A stretch of DNA of 60,185 nucleotides, counting the filler, from Nemertoderma westbladi (taxonomy: Eukaryota > Animalia > Xenacoelomorpha): the NCBI GenBank assembly GCA_032718475.1. It is 3 parts of 3 records of this genome, joined end to end, with 100 filler letters (N's around TTAATTAATTAA, not from the genome) between each part and the next. Parts side by side here need not be neighbours in the genome. Positions count along the whole stretch, not along the records: positions 1 to 25,076 come from JAUCBJ010004892.1; positions 25,177 to 45,496 come from JAUCBJ010001476.1; 1 more part is not named here. The stretch is one strand, 5' to 3'. Positions 25,027 to 34,531 of this stretch are shown here, in pieces. A program made the translations under genes and the position numbers. Each line of letters opens with the position of its first letter. Position 1 is the first letter of the stretch. The notes beneath the pieces were generated by a model. The model did not search any database. It saw only the letters and a list, made by a program, of their open reading frames with translations, and was not told the origin of the DNA.

Positions 25027-25076
25027 ATAAAAAATTTCTCAACCTTTAATAATATTATTTATTAATACCATTATAG

Positions 25077-25176
25077 NNNNNNNNNNNNNNNNNNNNNNNN
25101 NNNNNNNNNNNNNNNNNNNNTTAATTAATTAANNNNNNNNNNNNNNNNNNNNNNNNNNNNNNNNNNNNNNNNNNNN
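25077..25176. other. assembly gap/contig spacer
   Basis: 44 N + TTAATTAATTAA (stops in all six frames) + 44 N. Confidence 0.98.
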
Positions 25177-25334
25177 GCATGCCGATCCAAATAGTAGTAG
25201 GGGGGGGGGGGGGGGGGGGGGGGGGTGTATATGTACCACTTTACAAAGTTTTTGATTTTTTTTTTAATAATGAAGAATATAAGATTTTACTCAGATTCCC
25301 AATTTGAAATCACACATCTGAAAAATATAAGCCT

Positions 25335-25490
25335 CCTTGTACAACGAGCGCTAAATATCAGCTGGAGACAACACATGAAAAACAATACCACCTGTGTCAA
25401 CCACCCTCCGTGAACGCAGATTAAGATTCAGTTGGCACTGCTGCAGAGGTACAAAGACGAGGTCATACCAGATTTACTTTTCTTGACATT
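25335..25490 (+). mobile_element. RTE LINE 3' fragment
   Basis: RALNISWRQHM and GCAGATTAAGATTCAG are shared with the element at 13740-14290. Confidence 0.7.
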
Positions 25491-25722
25491 ATAGACTAAG
25501 TTGAAAAGCATACCGGTTTATATATTCTGGAATACGGTAATTGAAGTTGTTTCCATGTCATTGATTACTTTGCAGCGTTCCGTCCTAATAGGCCGCAACG
25601 CTGCAAAGTAGTACTTTCAAAGTAACTTTGCAGCGTTACGAGTAATTCACCAGAACGCTGTTAAGTTGACAGAATGTAACAAAATTAATTACATACAAGA
25701 GGTTCTCCTGTGGAAATAAAGT

Positions 25723-26202
25723 AACACGTTCGTGGGGACTTCGCGCAGCACGACACTGTATACGTACAAAATTTGGTTTAATTTCAACTGCAAATACCAG
25801 ACTTATTTCGGTTTTTATAAAAAGTCTGAAACCTCCGGTACCGACAGATTGTATACTTTATTACAGTTTTATATTATATATACTTATTATATACCATACT
25901 GTATACATTATTTGTAACCAAAATTGCAGCTCTGGAAAATAAGGCGTTCCCGAGAAATTTAACATTTTCTAAATACCACCTAATCTGTCATAGCTGACGT
26001 CAGACTACATGATTTTTCACAAAAATTTATAAACTTTCTAAACTTTCCCTCTGCTACTTAGATACTAAGTTTGGTTCAATTCCGAACCAGCGATGCCGAG
26101 AAATTCGCGGTCAAAAATTTACCAGACAGACGGGCATGCCCTTTTGGAGCCTAATATGAAACGTTTGCTAAAGGCTCGCCGAATTCGTGGCTCGCCCCAC
26201 AT
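25723..26202 (+). mobile_element. DINE-1/HINE-like non-autonomous element
   Basis: 5' ACGTTCGTGGGG...CGCGCAGCACG, internal CAGACAGACGG, 3' AGGCTCGCC...CGTGGCTCGCCCCACAT. The same ends occur at 20293/21867 and 37767/38067. Confidence 0.6.
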
Positions 26203-27460
26203 CAGTAACCATAAATTAATTAGACGGCAACTACAGTATCTTATAACTCTCTTGCACAATTCGCAACTCAAGGTCTAATTCTACATAATTCACACCATAT
26301 CTCGCGGTAACTTCGCTAACGTTGCGAATAATAATGTAAAAAACCGGTAGGGGGAAGGGGGGGGGGGGGTAATCTTGATTAGTTCGAGGATTAGATACAG
26401 ATCACAGCTAATCTCATCACTGTTGCGGGATATATCTCATACAAATCACCCAACAAAGTTACCTCCAACAGCACACATCTATATACACCCTCTCTATCTT
26501 ATTCTCCCTCCCTCTATTTTTGTCTCTTAAAAAATTGAATAATAATAAGAAAATGAGCAATTATAAATATAATTTAAGGGACATCACTGGGCTCAGGGAT
26601 CAGGGATTGGATCAAGGGGTTATTTATTTATCTTTAAAGTAGAATTCCATAAAATGACTAATATTATTTGGAACCAACAAAGTCATATTTTAATGTTCTT
26701 CTATGTTGGACGCAATGGGATGTAGAATATTTTTTATTCTGTGCGGTAATTGGAAGTAATGATATCTGTAAATTACACTTGGATTGAGCCGGCTTACACC
26801 TTTTGTGGAATTTCTTGAGAATTAAATTTAATTTGTTTCACATATCACATAGGGCCTACGACTACACTTCACTTTACAGCGCTGCCCTTAATACCCATCT
26901 ATAGCTTCCTTTACAGTTCTCAGATAAAAGAAGTCCCCGAAAGTACCCATATAATATATCTAAAGTGTACAAAACATTATCAAAGGATACTATACTTAAT
27001 TAAACCTCACTGAATAAAAGATGAAAATCTTTTCACAAACGAAAGTACCATACATTATAGTATATTGCATGTAAATAAAATGTTAAATAATGAGATTGCA
27101 TACGAAAATTCATTTCCAGCTCATAAAGACTGGGATAATTGGGTAATTCTAGCACATGCTCCATGTCCATTCGGGATCAGGTTGGTTGGTTAGTCGGCAG
27201 TATGGCTGAGATGTGATTATTTGGTGTCATTTAACCATGACATTATTTCAGGCAGGGTAGACAGGAGATATATCGATAGGGGGTTTGTACATTTTTCAAA
27301 TTGCTTTCATTATTCTTTCTTATTTTATGTACAGTAGGATTGGCCAACATTAATTACCACTTACATGTCAGCGACTGGGGAAAGGAGGGACCTTCATGCC
27401 AATATTTCAACTAAGTAAGTGATTTATGTCGTCGGCGGGGTTTTTCTGTCCGCCACCTTA

Positions 27461-27800
27461 CGCCAGAAGTAAGGCAAGACGGGGAAGTCTCGTGGTAAGG
27501 GTGAACGGGAATGATGAGGTAAACGCGAGTGCGACGTATACGTATAATATGGTATCACACATATATATAATGCAACGCAACAATAGTATAGCAGCAGACC
27601 CTAACTACAGTAGGTAACGCAGTGCGGCTACGGTAGGATGTAGGTTGCACAGTGCAGCTACGGTACCAGCAGCTGTGTAGTCCGCAGGTACCGGTAGTGT
27701 GCTGACGTGCACACCCTGCACCGTGTATGGACACACTGTATGTCAGGCCGACCGTCAGGCCATGTGAGACAGACAGACGGTAGGTCCTAACCGGCTGGCG
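27461..27800 (-). repeat. 3' LTR
   Basis: Direct repeat of 33366-33705 with no differences seen by eye. Termini are CGCCAG...CTGGCG. Confidence 0.95.
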
Positions 27801-28432
27801 TAACTTATCTTTTTATCCAGTTTGTGTGTCGAGGGCGAGGCAGGGACCACTACTAACTAGGATGACATCCATTCACCCCAGTCATATAAAGTCAACACAA
27901 ACATCGGGTAAAGTAAGCTGTAAGGCGTACATACGTAATCTAACTAACTATAAGCACACTAAATAGGAGTATACAACTATAATAACGATGGGGCAATGAT
28001 AATCATGTGTGCAAAAAAAACAGTTAGCGCACTTAGGTGTCGAACTCGGTATCGTTGGGTTAGGTACACATGTGTTATCCCCTAAGCTAATCGGGGAGTT
28101 GGGTAACGGTCGGTGTGCGGGTGGTATGATAGGGTATACTGGTTGTCCCTGCATATTAGATTGAAATGATCACAAACAAGACAATGAAAGAGTACAAAAT
28201 AGTATGTAATACACTTAAGTTTATCAAACTAAAAGTCACTAAAAGGGGCTTGTTTCTCCATTAGCGGCTGGAGTCACCACGGGGGATTATAATCTCAGTA
28301 TGTATATATTGCAACTTACTAACTCGCGGTAGAAGTAGGGGGGGGGGGGGGGGGGGGGGGTAATCGCGGTTAGTCACTGGAGTCGGATGGGGCGAGCCAT
28401 GCGCACAAGACACACGCATCAGGCGCGAGTTT

Positions 28433-31400
28433 CTATGGGAAACCGTAATATTCGGGTGGTTTGCGCACCCTGTAAGGGCGCTGTCGCTGGGTGGAGGGTG
28501 GGTCCAGGACAACTGGGGCGGGTTGTGGGACCGGTAGTGGCTCCACCGGTGGGCCGAACGCATCCACGTGGGCGGGTGGAGCGCTGGTGGGTTCCTCTGC
28601 CAGGGACCTGGCTGGGAAGGACTCGTTGAGGGACTCGGTATCGGAGTCGGACTCGTGGTCGAAGACTGTAGTGGGTTGTGCGATTCGTGGTACGAGGAAG
28701 CAGTCGGCCTGTGGGACCCTGTAGGCGTGTGCCCGGAGTTGGGTGCCCGTAAACTTGCGAATGGAGCACCATGTGCCGTCTGTAGCGCTAACGATATACC
28801 GGGGGCGGGCGCCTAAGCGGGGGGTGTCAACGTAGAGGTGTACAAGGTCGCCCACCTTGAGGGCGGTGAACCCGGGTAGGACGGTGGGGCGGTGGACCTT
28901 GGAGCGCGCGCTGGCCGCGTGGTTTGCAAGGCGACGGTCGTGTTGGGCGGAGATGATCGCGGTGTCGTTCAATGGGAGTTGGTCACCAGTAAATTGATCA
29001 CGCTGGAAGAGGATCTCACGTGCGGACAGCCCGGGAGCACGGAGTCGGGCGTTAAGGTGGGCCACTGCAATGGCGAGGGATGTGGATGAAAAGGGTCCGC
29101 CGGATGGGCGGAGCTTAAGTAGCTCGGCTTGCAGTTCACCGATGGCGTGTTCGGCGACGGGGTTTTTGTTAATATTCTTCCGGGCGCCGACTTCGAGGAG
29201 AAGGTGGTGGGACTTGAGGGTGGGGTCGCCAACGAGGGCCTGAAAGCCTGGAGCGGGGTCGGTCCGGATAACGGCGAGGGGGCCGCTAAGGGGACACATA
29301 CCAAAGGCCAGGGTTATTAGGGCGTCGCGCAGAGTGTCCTGTTGTTCGTCGGGAATGATGACGGCATTAGTGTAGGATGATACAGTTTCACGGATAAGGA
29401 GGATCCGCTGTGAATGGCGGCGGAAGACATCGGCGGCAAACGACTGGCCGACGACAGGGGGTGGATCGAGGGAGGACTGGGGTACTACGCGAGGGGGGGC
29501 CGTTGCCAGGGCGACGCATTGGTGGCACTGGGCAGACACTTCGTTAAGAGCGCGGTCGAGATCTAGTGCGTGGAAGTATCGGGAGAAGGTATTACGGAGT
29601 TGGGCCCGGGATGGGTGTAGCAACTCGAGGTGGAGGGAGGTAAGAAGTCCCGCAAGGGCGGACCGGGGTACGACAATAACGTCGTAGGGGGAAGTGAATG
29701 GACTCTGGCGGCGGACGACTATGAGACCGGAGGAGGCAAGGGAGCAGATGCCCAGGTACCGTTTAACGTCGCGTTTGTCGGTAATACGCTTGGAAGGTCG
29801 TGTGCCGGACGCAAGATGTTCTGCAACGCGGAGGAGGTCGGGGCACTCACGTTGGGTAGCCAGCCACGCGGGTCGGCTGGCGTAGAGGGGGCGCGGGTCG
29901 TTCAACTCGGTGGACGCGAAGCACCTCGGGGACGGGGAGGGGGGCGGATTACCGGGTGGCTGTGTCGCGAGACGTACTACGGGGGACTCAGCGACGGTTG
30001 CGACAAAGGAACAAACCTGACACGCCGGGAGAGAGCACGGCTCGACGTTGCGACTCTGAAAGTCGGCCGGTAGGTTAGTGGTTCCCTTGATGTGGGAGAT
30101 AGTTACTTGGGCCTGGCTAGCGATAGATAGAAAGGTTGACAGGCGGGGACTGTTGGAGTAAGCGCCGCGGGACAGCTTTTTGTACGCCTCAACGCAGGGT
30201 TTACTGTCGGAGAGGACATGCGACTGCTTGGAGGAGCTAATGAAATACGGGAGGAAGTGTTGTACTGCGGCGGCAATGGCGAGCGCTTCTAATTCGCACG
30301 GGAGCCATGTTCTCTGGTGGGCCTTTAGTTTGGCAGAGTAAAAGCCGGAGAGGAGGAGTTCCTTACCGCGTTTAGAATATAACACTGCACCTAGGCCGTC
30401 GACGGATGACGCAGCGTCTGTAACGAGGAAGAGTTCGTCGCTGGGACGCGGGATGGTGACGGACCGGCACGATTGAATGGCGGCTTGGGAGCGGTGGAAG
30501 ACTGCGTTAAGCTCGGGCGACCAAGCGACGGAATCGCCGGGTTTGGGTGTAAGGAGGGACTCGAGTGGGGCCACGAGTGCGGAGCAGCGCGGGAGGACGC
30601 GGGCGAGAATCTTGTAAGATCCTAGGTATGAACGGAGATCCCGAACTGTGGCTGGGATGGGGCACCGGGACAATGCGGACGTGATGTGGGTAGAGGCGGA
30701 TAACGAACCGTTGGACCACGACCAACCGAGGATGGTGGTGGTCTGAGGGCAGATAAATGTTTTCTTGGCGGATAGGCGTAAGTCGGCGCGATGGAGGGCG
30801 CGGAGGAGCTGTGAGAAGTTCGCGAGGAGTTCGGGGATGGTGTCGCCGCCGCAATATATGTCGTCGGCGAGTTTGACTACAGATCCCTGGACGAGAAGGT
30901 CGCCAAGGACTCGGGACATGAGTTCCTCGAGTGCGGTTTCGCTGCCGGGCATACCCATGGCGCAGCGCCTGTACACGCGCACGCCGCGGAAGGGAGTGGA
31001 TACTCCGCAGAAGCGCATCGACTCGCGTTGGAGAGGAATCTGGTAGAAGGCGCTGGTGAGATCCGCTTTGACGAGGTATTTAAACCGTCCGAGGGAACGG
31101 ATGGTTGACTCGACGTCGGGGAGGAACGCGGGTTGGGGTTTACAATAACGTGCGATCTCGGTAAATGCGGTAACCAACCGGGAGCCGCCGTTGGGTTTGG
31201 CGACGAGGAAGCTCGGGTTGAGGTATTCGACGGTGATGCCGGCGAGCTCGGGGCGGATGAAAACGCCGAGGCGTTCGAGTGAATCGAACTGTTCTTGGAG
31301 TTCTACGAGGCGATCGCGGGCGTATTGCGGGATGCGGCCTTTGTGCTGTGGAGGTAACGTGGGAGAAACGTTGACGACGGCCTCGAACGGACCGGCAGAG

Positions 31401-33283
31401 CCATTGTAGCCGGGATACTGGGGATCGAACACGGCCGCGTATTGTTCCAGTACATCGTGGAAGGAGGCGCGTTCCCGGTGGGTGAGGATGTTGTTGGGGT
31501 CTAGGTGGACTGCGCTGATGTGGGATTTGGATATGGCGGCGGGTGCAGGGGTTGCGACTACGGTTCGGATTACGGGAGACGGGAGTGACTGGGAAGTGGA
31601 GTTGATAGGTGCAAGGGTGGTAGGGAGGACGGAACAGACATGCGAGTTGCGTTGGATGAACACAGGACTGGGGGATAGGTTCGGGATAGTGATAGTACCT
31701 GCGAGGGGTTGGAGATGCATTGGCGGGAACCAAGACTGAGCGGTGAAGCGGGCGGGGTTTTTGGCTACGTGTGGGGATACGAGGAGGTCAGAGGACTCGT
31801 GTAGATGGGCTGGGAGGGAGAGGTCGAGGGATTCACCTGGTAGGACGATGGATGACTGAACCGGGGCTCGGAGTACAGATGTGTGACGGATCGCGGGACC
31901 GGGCCGCTTCGGGGGGGGGGGGTACCGGACAGATCTGCCATCGTGGAATGATATCAATGACTGGCCGGGACGGATAGTGACGTCATTGGTTGTGAGGAAT
32001 GGCATGCCCGCGAGAAGCGGAACGTTGAGGCTCGCGACGACGAGGCCGCGGAAGGGGAGGCTGAGGTCGTCGTACGTGAGGTTGAACGAGGTTTCGCCGA
32101 TGACACCGAGCATCGGGGAACCGTCGGCTTTCACGGGTACTTGTCGGGAGCCCCGGGTGATGGGGACGCCTAGGCGGATGGCGGTGTCGTGTGCGATCAG
32201 GTCGGACTCGGCACCGCAGTCAAGGAGGACGTTGACAGGTTTGTGCTCGTAGTGGGCGACAAACGTCGGGCTAGGTCGTACGGCCACTACATTAACTGAG
32301 GGATCGGAGGTCGGTGTTGGGGCTGGATCGGGGTCGTCCTCGGGTTGGTCGCCGAACTCTTCGTCTCCGTCGACATGGACGAGGCGTGCTCGAGATATGA
32401 AACGCTTGTCGGCGGGAGGGAGGAAGGGGCAACTGCTGAGGAAGTGGTCGGTACTTGAACGTTTCGTCTGTGTGCACAGGGGGCACCGGCGCGTAGATCG
32501 GTTGGGACCGCGGGTTGCGGGTGGTGGCGGTGGTCGCCGGGTCTGAGCACGGAAAGTGCGGACTTCGGCCGTGGTATGGAGTTCGTCCAACAGCGAGGAA
32601 AGAGCTTGAGAAATCTCGGGCTTTATGCTTGCCAGGGTTCGGGAACGAAGTTCGGTCCCGTACCGTTGCTGGACGAGTCGTGGGAGATCCGGATGAATCA
32701 GACGAAGCCAAACTAAGACGATAAGGTTCTCAAGGGTGGGGGAAAGCTCTTCGTCCTCGGGAGGGATGATGCCGTGGTGGGAAATTCCACCATCCTGGCG
32801 GAGGAGGCTATCGTCTACGAATGCTGAGAGACGTTGGAATAAGTCCTCGGCGCGTTCCTCGTGTTGCAAGGTGATCTCGCTGAACGCGAGGAAATGGGCG
32901 CCCGTGGCCTGGAATCCGTAGTGGAGGCGGATAGCTTGCCAGATGGAAGGCAAGGAGGTAGAGTCGCGGACTATGGTGTTGCGGGCGATGATAGGAGCGT
33001 AGTTTGCTACCTGGCCCAGCATCAAGTCTAGGGTGGCGGCCTTCTGTACTGCGGTGCGTCGGGCGGCCTCGGCGATGGTGTGTGGGTCGTCGGTGAATCC
33101 GCGGAGTGGAGCGGCGCGGGAGTGACGCAGCCATGTGGCACCGGGTGCGGTAAACTGGCTGAACTGGGGTTGAAGTGTGAGAGAGTACGTGAGGTTGTGC
33201 CGCCACACCTCGAACGAATTAATTGTCTCGGATTTATCGAGCGGTAAGAGTTTGGGAGGCTTTAACACTCCGGTAAACGCCAT
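28433..33283 (-). CDS. Gag-Pol polyprotein, 1616 aa
   Basis: CCHC-type knuckle (CPLC...H...C), protease LLDCGA, RT (ADLTSAFYQIP, KLADD), RNase H (VTDA, ELEALA, LSDS, ADFQSR) and integrase (H..H..C..C, ADVF, RTDPAPGF, VAEHAI), in Gypsy order PR-RT-RH-IN. Confidence 0.95.
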   Translation of the reverse strand: MAFTGVLKPPKLLPLDKSETINSFEVWRHNLTYSLTLQPQFSQFTAPGATWLRHSRAAPLRGFTDDPHTIAEAARRTAVQKAATLDLMLGQVANYAPIIARNTIVRDSTSLPSIWQAIRLHYGFQATGAHFLAFSEITLQHEERAEDLFQRLSAFVDDSLLRQDGGISHHGIIPPEDEELSPTLENLIVLVWLRLIHPDLPRLVQQRYGTELRSRTLASIKPEISQALSSLLDELHTTAEVRTFRAQTRRPPPPPATRGPNRSTRRCPLCTQTKRSSTDHFLSSCPFLPPADKRFISRARLVHVDGDEEFGDQPEDDPDPAPTPTSDPSVNVVAVRPSPTFVAHYEHKPVNVLLDCGAESDLIAHDTAIRLGVPITRGSRQVPVKADGSPMLGVIGETSFNLTYDDLSLPFRGLVVASLNVPLLAGMPFLTTNDVTIRPGQSLISFHDGRSVRYPPPPKRPGPAIRHTSVLRAPVQSSIVLPGESLDLSLPAHLHESSDLLVSPHVAKNPARFTAQSWFPPMHLQPLAGTITIPNLSPSPVFIQRNSHVCSVLPTTLAPINSTSQSLPSPVIRTVVATPAPAAISKSHISAVHLDPNNILTHRERASFHDVLEQYAAVFDPQYPGYNGSAGPFEAVVNVSPTLPPQHKGRIPQYARDRLVELQEQFDSLERLGVFIRPELAGITVEYLNPSFLVAKPNGGSRLVTAFTEIARYCKPQPAFLPDVESTIRSLGRFKYLVKADLTSAFYQIPLQRESMRFCGVSTPFRGVRVYRRCAMGMPGSETALEELMSRVLGDLLVQGSVVKLADDIYCGGDTIPELLANFSQLLRALHRADLRLSAKKTFICPQTTTILGWSWSNGSLSASTHITSALSRCPIPATVRDLRSYLGSYKILARVLPRCSALVAPLESLLTPKPGDSVAWSPELNAVFHRSQAAIQSCRSVTIPRPSDELFLVTDAASSVDGLGAVLYSKRGKELLLSGFYSAKLKAHQRTWLPCELEALAIAAAVQHFLPYFISSSKQSHVLSDSKPCVEAYKKLSRGAYSNSPRLSTFLSIASQAQVTISHIKGTTNLPADFQSRNVEPCSLPACQVCSFVATVAESPVVRLATQPPGNPPPSPSPRCFASTELNDPRPLYASRPAWLATQRECPDLLRVAEHLASGTRPSKRITDKRDVKRYLGICSLASSGLIVVRRQSPFTSPYDVIVVPRSALAGLLTSLHLELLHPSRAQLRNTFSRYFHALDLDRALNEVSAQCHQCVALATAPPRVVPQSSLDPPPVVGQSFAADVFRRHSQRILLIRETVSSYTNAVIIPDEQQDTLRDALITLAFGMCPLSGPLAVIRTDPAPGFQALVGDPTLKSHHLLLEVGARKNINKNPVAEHAIGELQAELLKLRPSGGPFSSTSLAIAVAHLNARLRAPGLSAREILFQRDQFTGDQLPLNDTAIISAQHDRRLANHAASARSKVHRPTVLPGFTALKVGDLVHLYVDTPRLGARPRYIVSATDGTWCSIRKFTGTQLRAHAYRVPQADCFLVPRIAQPTTVFDHESDSDTESLNESFPARSLAEEPTSAPPAHVDAFGPPVEPLPVPQPAPVVLDPPSTQRQRPYRVRKPPEYYGFP

Positions 33284-33354
33284 GCTGTGTGCGAGTGGTC
33301 AGGTAAGAGATCTGCTGCTATGGTGAGGAGAACGAGGCGGGGGACGGAAAACAA

Positions 33355-33365
33355 CGCTGCCACCA
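33355..33365 (-). promoter_or_regulatory. primer-binding site
   Basis: TGGTGGCAGCG lies directly after the 5' LTR; TGG is complementary to tRNA CCA. Confidence 0.7.
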
Positions 33366-33705
33366 CGCCAGAAGTAAGGCAAGACGGGGAAGTCTCGTGG
33401 TAAGGGTGAACGGGAATGATGAGGTAAACGCGAGTGCGACGTATACGTATAATATGGTATCACACATATATATAATGCAACGCAACAATAGTATAGCAGC
33501 AGACCCTAACTACAGTAGGTAACGCAGTGCGGCTACGGTAGGATGTAGGTTGCACAGTGCAGCTACGGTACCAGCAGCTGTGTAGTCCGCAGGTACCGGT
33601 AGTGTGCTGACGTGCACACCCTGCACCGTGTATGGACACACTGTATGTCAGGCCGACCGTCAGGCCATGTGAGACAGACAGACGGTAGGTCCTAACCGGC
33701 TGGCG
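33366..33705 (-). repeat. 5' LTR
   Basis: Direct repeat of 27461-27800. Confidence 0.95.
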
Positions 33706-33950
33706 TTAATCAAATGCCTTGAAGAAATCTACAAAAATGACAGTCATTGATCGTTGAACATAATGATTTAATGATTTCAACAGACATACTATTTATTTTT
33801 CAAAAATGTATCTGCATCCATTTATGTTTCCAATTGCCTCAGCAGTGCTTTTTCAATATTGAACTAATATATATACATCCTTGCAAGCGTAAATATTGTA
33901 CTTATTTTAAAATTAACATTTCAGATAATTGTATATTTATTGTCTTCTAG

Positions 33951-34531
33951 GATATACGACACCGGATTGGATGGTCTTAACTACCAACACCGAGTATTTT
34001 ATATTTCTCTTTCTCATGATCGGCCTTTACGGTAAGGTGTTTCGTGTGGCCCACGCGCAACAGAAAAAAATCTCGCGGGAGACTGTAGCCGTTCATTTCA
34101 ACAACGCAGCCCCTGCTGCACCGATGATGCAACAGAACAAAAGAAAGAAATCTCTGTTCCGCTCTAGAAACAGTGAGGCCGCACCTCACGTTGGTGATGT
34201 TAACATGAACAAAGAAATCAAACTCTTAAAGGGTTACTTAATGATAGTAGGAACCTTCATCATCACCTTTCTACCTGGTACGATCAGCGATATTCTGGAA
34301 GTGTCACAAACCGTACAGATTACCGAGACGTTCATGCAGATCAACATACTGCTGTGGAACCTGAATTCTCTTCTAAATCCGGCCGTCTACGCTTACTCCC
34401 AAAAAACATTCAAGAGAGCCTTCGAGAAAATCCTCAAGGATATCTTCTGCAAGTGTCGTGCGGAGAGCGAGGCACAGGCCGCCCATCGAAATGAAAGGAT
34501 GTATAGTAGAACATTAGACACCAACGTTTGA
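33951..34531 (+). CDS. class A (rhodopsin-like) GPCR, terminal exon encoding TM5-TM7
   Basis: cttctag|GA acceptor; TM5 LYGKVFRVAHAQ, TM6 IVGTFIITFLP, TM7 NSLLNPAVY, helix 8 FKRAF. Upstream exons were not found. Confidence 0.88.

Larger units (their letters stand above)
27461..33705 (-). mobile_element. full-length Gypsy-like LTR retrotransposon (Troyka-like)
   Basis: Two 340-bp LTRs flanked by TTA on both sides, PBS-like TGGTGGCAGCG after the 5' LTR, a purine-rich tract before the 3' LTR, and a single gag-pol ORF. Confidence 0.95.

Noticed and set aside
25121-25132. TTAATTAATTAA within N runs
   Set aside because: Artificial six-frame-stop spacer, repeated identically at 45541.
28387-33206. 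Many short ORFs overlapping gag-pol
   Set aside because: Expected in GC-rich coding DNA; no recognisable domains.
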